A stretch of 64,000 nt of DNA from Octopus sinensis (Eukaryota), in the NCBI RefSeq assembly GCF_006345805.1, contig NC_043019.1:18661360-18725359 (forward strand), written 5' to 3'. The first letter of the stretch is position 1, and each line of letters begins with the position of its first letter. The position numbers were made by a program, and so were the translations under genes. The notes below the pieces were generated by a model. That model did not search any database. It saw nothing but the letters and a program-made list of their open reading frames with translations, and was not told where the DNA came from. Shown here one piece after another: positions 61,653 through 64,000 of this stretch.

Positions 61653-61700
61653 CTGTATGTGTGGGTGAGAGAGAGGAAATACAAATGTACTAATACATGC

Positions 61701-62023
61701 CTTGTGACATTTTCGGTAAAGACGGGCAGAAAGTTCATATTTGCCTCCTTCAGATAAACACCATGCTGATCTGATACACATGTTACAATCAAAGAAATAC
61801 TTGGAAGCTATGAGGAAGTGCTTCTGCTTCTTGGCAGCTGAGTCTTGCATTTGAGCCTGTTGAACATACTGGAATGCTGTTGCCACGGTTTCTTCTTTCT
61901 TGTGACCACTTTTCTGGAAACACTTTATAGCAATTTCAAAGTGTTTTCGCTCAAAGAAAGACATTCCTTTCGTAAACCATTCTTCTGGTGTTGAGCTTCT
62001 GGCAAATTCAGTATTGTCAGGGT
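61701..62023 (-). CDS. TRANK1: TRANK1-like exon (STPEEWFTKGMSFFERKHFEIAIKCFQKSG...LYRKCHK), TPR-like repeats
   Basis: tttttag acceptor; resembles TRANK1 STPAEWIAQG...AAKCYQKGG; ends at a GC donor (AAG|GCATGT), which phase 0 requires. Confidence 0.88.
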
Positions 62024-62160
62024 CTAAAAATAGGAGAATAAACACACATGCATAAAAACAAAAACCACACTCGTAGCATAACGGGGTCAGTAATTACAGA
62101 CCCCATTATGTAGCTACATTTATTACAGCTACATAAATTACAGACCCCATTATGCAGCTA

Positions 62161-62190
62161 GATTACAGCCACTAATTAGTGGCTGTAATC
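62161..62190. repeat. Perfect 30-bp palindrome GATTACAGCCACTAA|TTAGTGGCTGTAATC
   Basis: Exact self reverse complement, embedded in short direct and inverted repeats at 62090-62200. Confidence 0.95.
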
Positions 62191-62852
62191 CAGCTACATA
62201 GCTTTATGGATCTGATTGTTTTTGAACGTAACTCAGAGTTGCATGGTGGTAGATTGCAAACTCAGTAGAGCTCTGTAGAACATGCCTTGTGAGATCTGAT
62301 TATATCTGTGAATGTTCTGACATCAGAACCTATCGGAAGGCTGTTAGCTTTGGTTTCCATTCCAATCAATGAAGCTGATTAAATTTATTAAATTCCTCCC
62401 TTATAAATTTAGACATTGTACCTAATTGTAATGGTAAGGACAATGACAAGCGACGATACAGCCAGATAGTTTCACAGTGACCCTTAATAAACACATAGGA
62501 ACACTAGTGATACTTTCATACCAATTTATTCATATACACACACACACACACACAACTATCCGTGCACACAGTTGTTCTGACACACACACACACATCCATA
62601 TATATATATGCTGTAGTCTTTTACACACTCATCAACTTATTTATGCACAACTTTACTCATCTTACATATCCTCCACATGTCTACCAAAACATAACTCCAA
62701 ACACCCACACACACACACACACACATTTCAACATTCCTTCGTTTGATATGATCATATAACTGAGTGTAATTAAATATCCACCCCAAAACAACCTCACACA
62801 CCCAATGTCATCACCTCTACAAAAACTGGACATCTTATGGAAAATTTCATAC

Positions 62853-63065
62853 CTTCACTAGAAGTATCAACAGATGCAACCAAACGCAGAACCTGAAAAT
62901 ACTCAAAAATTGGGGTTCGTTTTTCATTGGATATATCAAAAATCCAAATGTTATGTTTTGCCCTTGTAAGTGCTGTGTATAAATACTTTAATTCAGAGTT
63001 GAGAACCTTGTGCTTGTTTGGGTCAAAGGTTAAAGGATGAGGATGGTTCTCGGAATCAAGAACAT
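62853..63065 (-). CDS. TRANK1: TRANK1-like exon, UvrD-like helicase C-terminal motif (ELKYLYTALTRAKHNIWIFD)
   Basis: tttgcag acceptor and gtatga donor on the minus strand; LYTAxTRA is SF1 helicase motif VI as in TRANK1; phases 1/1. Confidence 0.9.
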
Positions 63066-64000
63066 CTGCAAAGGAAAAAGAACAAAACAATATTAGTTAT
63101 TTTTATTGTAGAGTAGACCTGTTGTGTGGCATGTCTTTCTAATTGTTTAAATTTCATATCATTCTATTTGGGAGAAGCTTGTTTGTCCATATTTCACATT
63201 GAAGTTCTTTGATCTTGTTCTTACTCAAATGTATTTTACCAATTTTTATACAAAGTGGTAAAACAAAGACACAATGCCTCAGAATTTTTGGTAAAAGTAG
63301 AGAGTATTTAACTGACCCTAATATTTGACTGGTACTTGTTTTATTGACCGTAAAAGGACGATTGGCAAAGTTGACCCAGCAGGAACAATATTTCTGTGAT
63401 TCAAATAAAATATTTCTCAACCAAACTATCTATCAATCACTCCACCCTGCTATCATTCAATCAATCGATCTCTCTATCAGCTAATTGATCTATCTGTTGA
63501 TTGATCTGTCTATCTATATTTCTTTCTTTCTTATCTTTTCTCTCACTCACTCAATCCATCCAGCTAATCATTTATTTCTGTCAAGTCCGGCATCTTTCTA
63601 CAAATCCATTGAGCGATTCATCTGTCACTCCGTCCACCTACCTTTCAATTTATTATGTACCAATCTAGTTGTCTAAAAACACATTTCTGGTTTGTTTGTC
63701 TGAGACCCCATGCTAACACTGGCTACAGAAAGGGGTTTTATGGACTCCAGTTCCTCGTGGGATGACTTCCACACTAAAGATGAGAATGCATTCGTCCTTT
63801 CTGTGCAATCTTGCATATAAACCTAGCTGGATTGATTTGGTTAAGATAGCGTTCATGTTGCTTAGCCCTGGGTCAGTCCTGATCAAGCAAATGTTCAATC
63901 CATGATAATCTTGCCCTTTTATATATTCTGGATAGACAATGAAGGGTTTATATTTCGAATATAGATTTTCCATTTTTAAAACAGAAGGGAGTGACTGGTG

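Noticed and set aside
61686-61700. Canonical GT donors just downstream of the TRANK1 GC donor
   Set aside because: Both leave phase 1 and would frameshift the next exon.
1-64000. Stand-alone tRNA, rRNA, snRNA or snoRNA genes
   Set aside because: Only tRNA-like SINE heads were recognisable; no complete cloverleaf or box motif set could be supported by eye.

Overview
AT-rich, microsatellite- and SINE-dense eukaryotic DNA. The repeat families resemble those of Octopus/coleoid cephalopods; this species call is an inference. Two multi-exon genes converge tail-to-tail. (1) A complete DEK coding sequence on +, with 11 coding exons at 7240-30179 giving 386 aa with SAP and DEK-C domains. (2) The 3' part of a TRANK1-like helicase/TPR gene on -, with 6 exons assembled at 43120-63065; its 5' part lies beyond the window and its terminal exon is unresolved. 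The rest is transposon-derived: a nested inverted duplication of a Sola2-like DNA transposon (1-7 kb), two TTAA-flanked piggyBac derivatives plus a piggyBac-type MITE family, a CR1-group LINE with a 608-codon RT ORF, RTE, R4/Dong and Gypsy remnants, a mariner derivative, a long-TIR foldback element and many SINEs. The most notable observation is a 254-bp inverted repeat in a TRANK1 intron (58947-59692). Each arm contains a complete type I hammerhead ribozyme fold of the minimal Penelope-type, with a palindromic stem III. The host pre-mRNA therefore carries a ribozyme preceded by its own antisense copy. A GC-AG intron in TRANK1 is also supported by reading-frame analysis.
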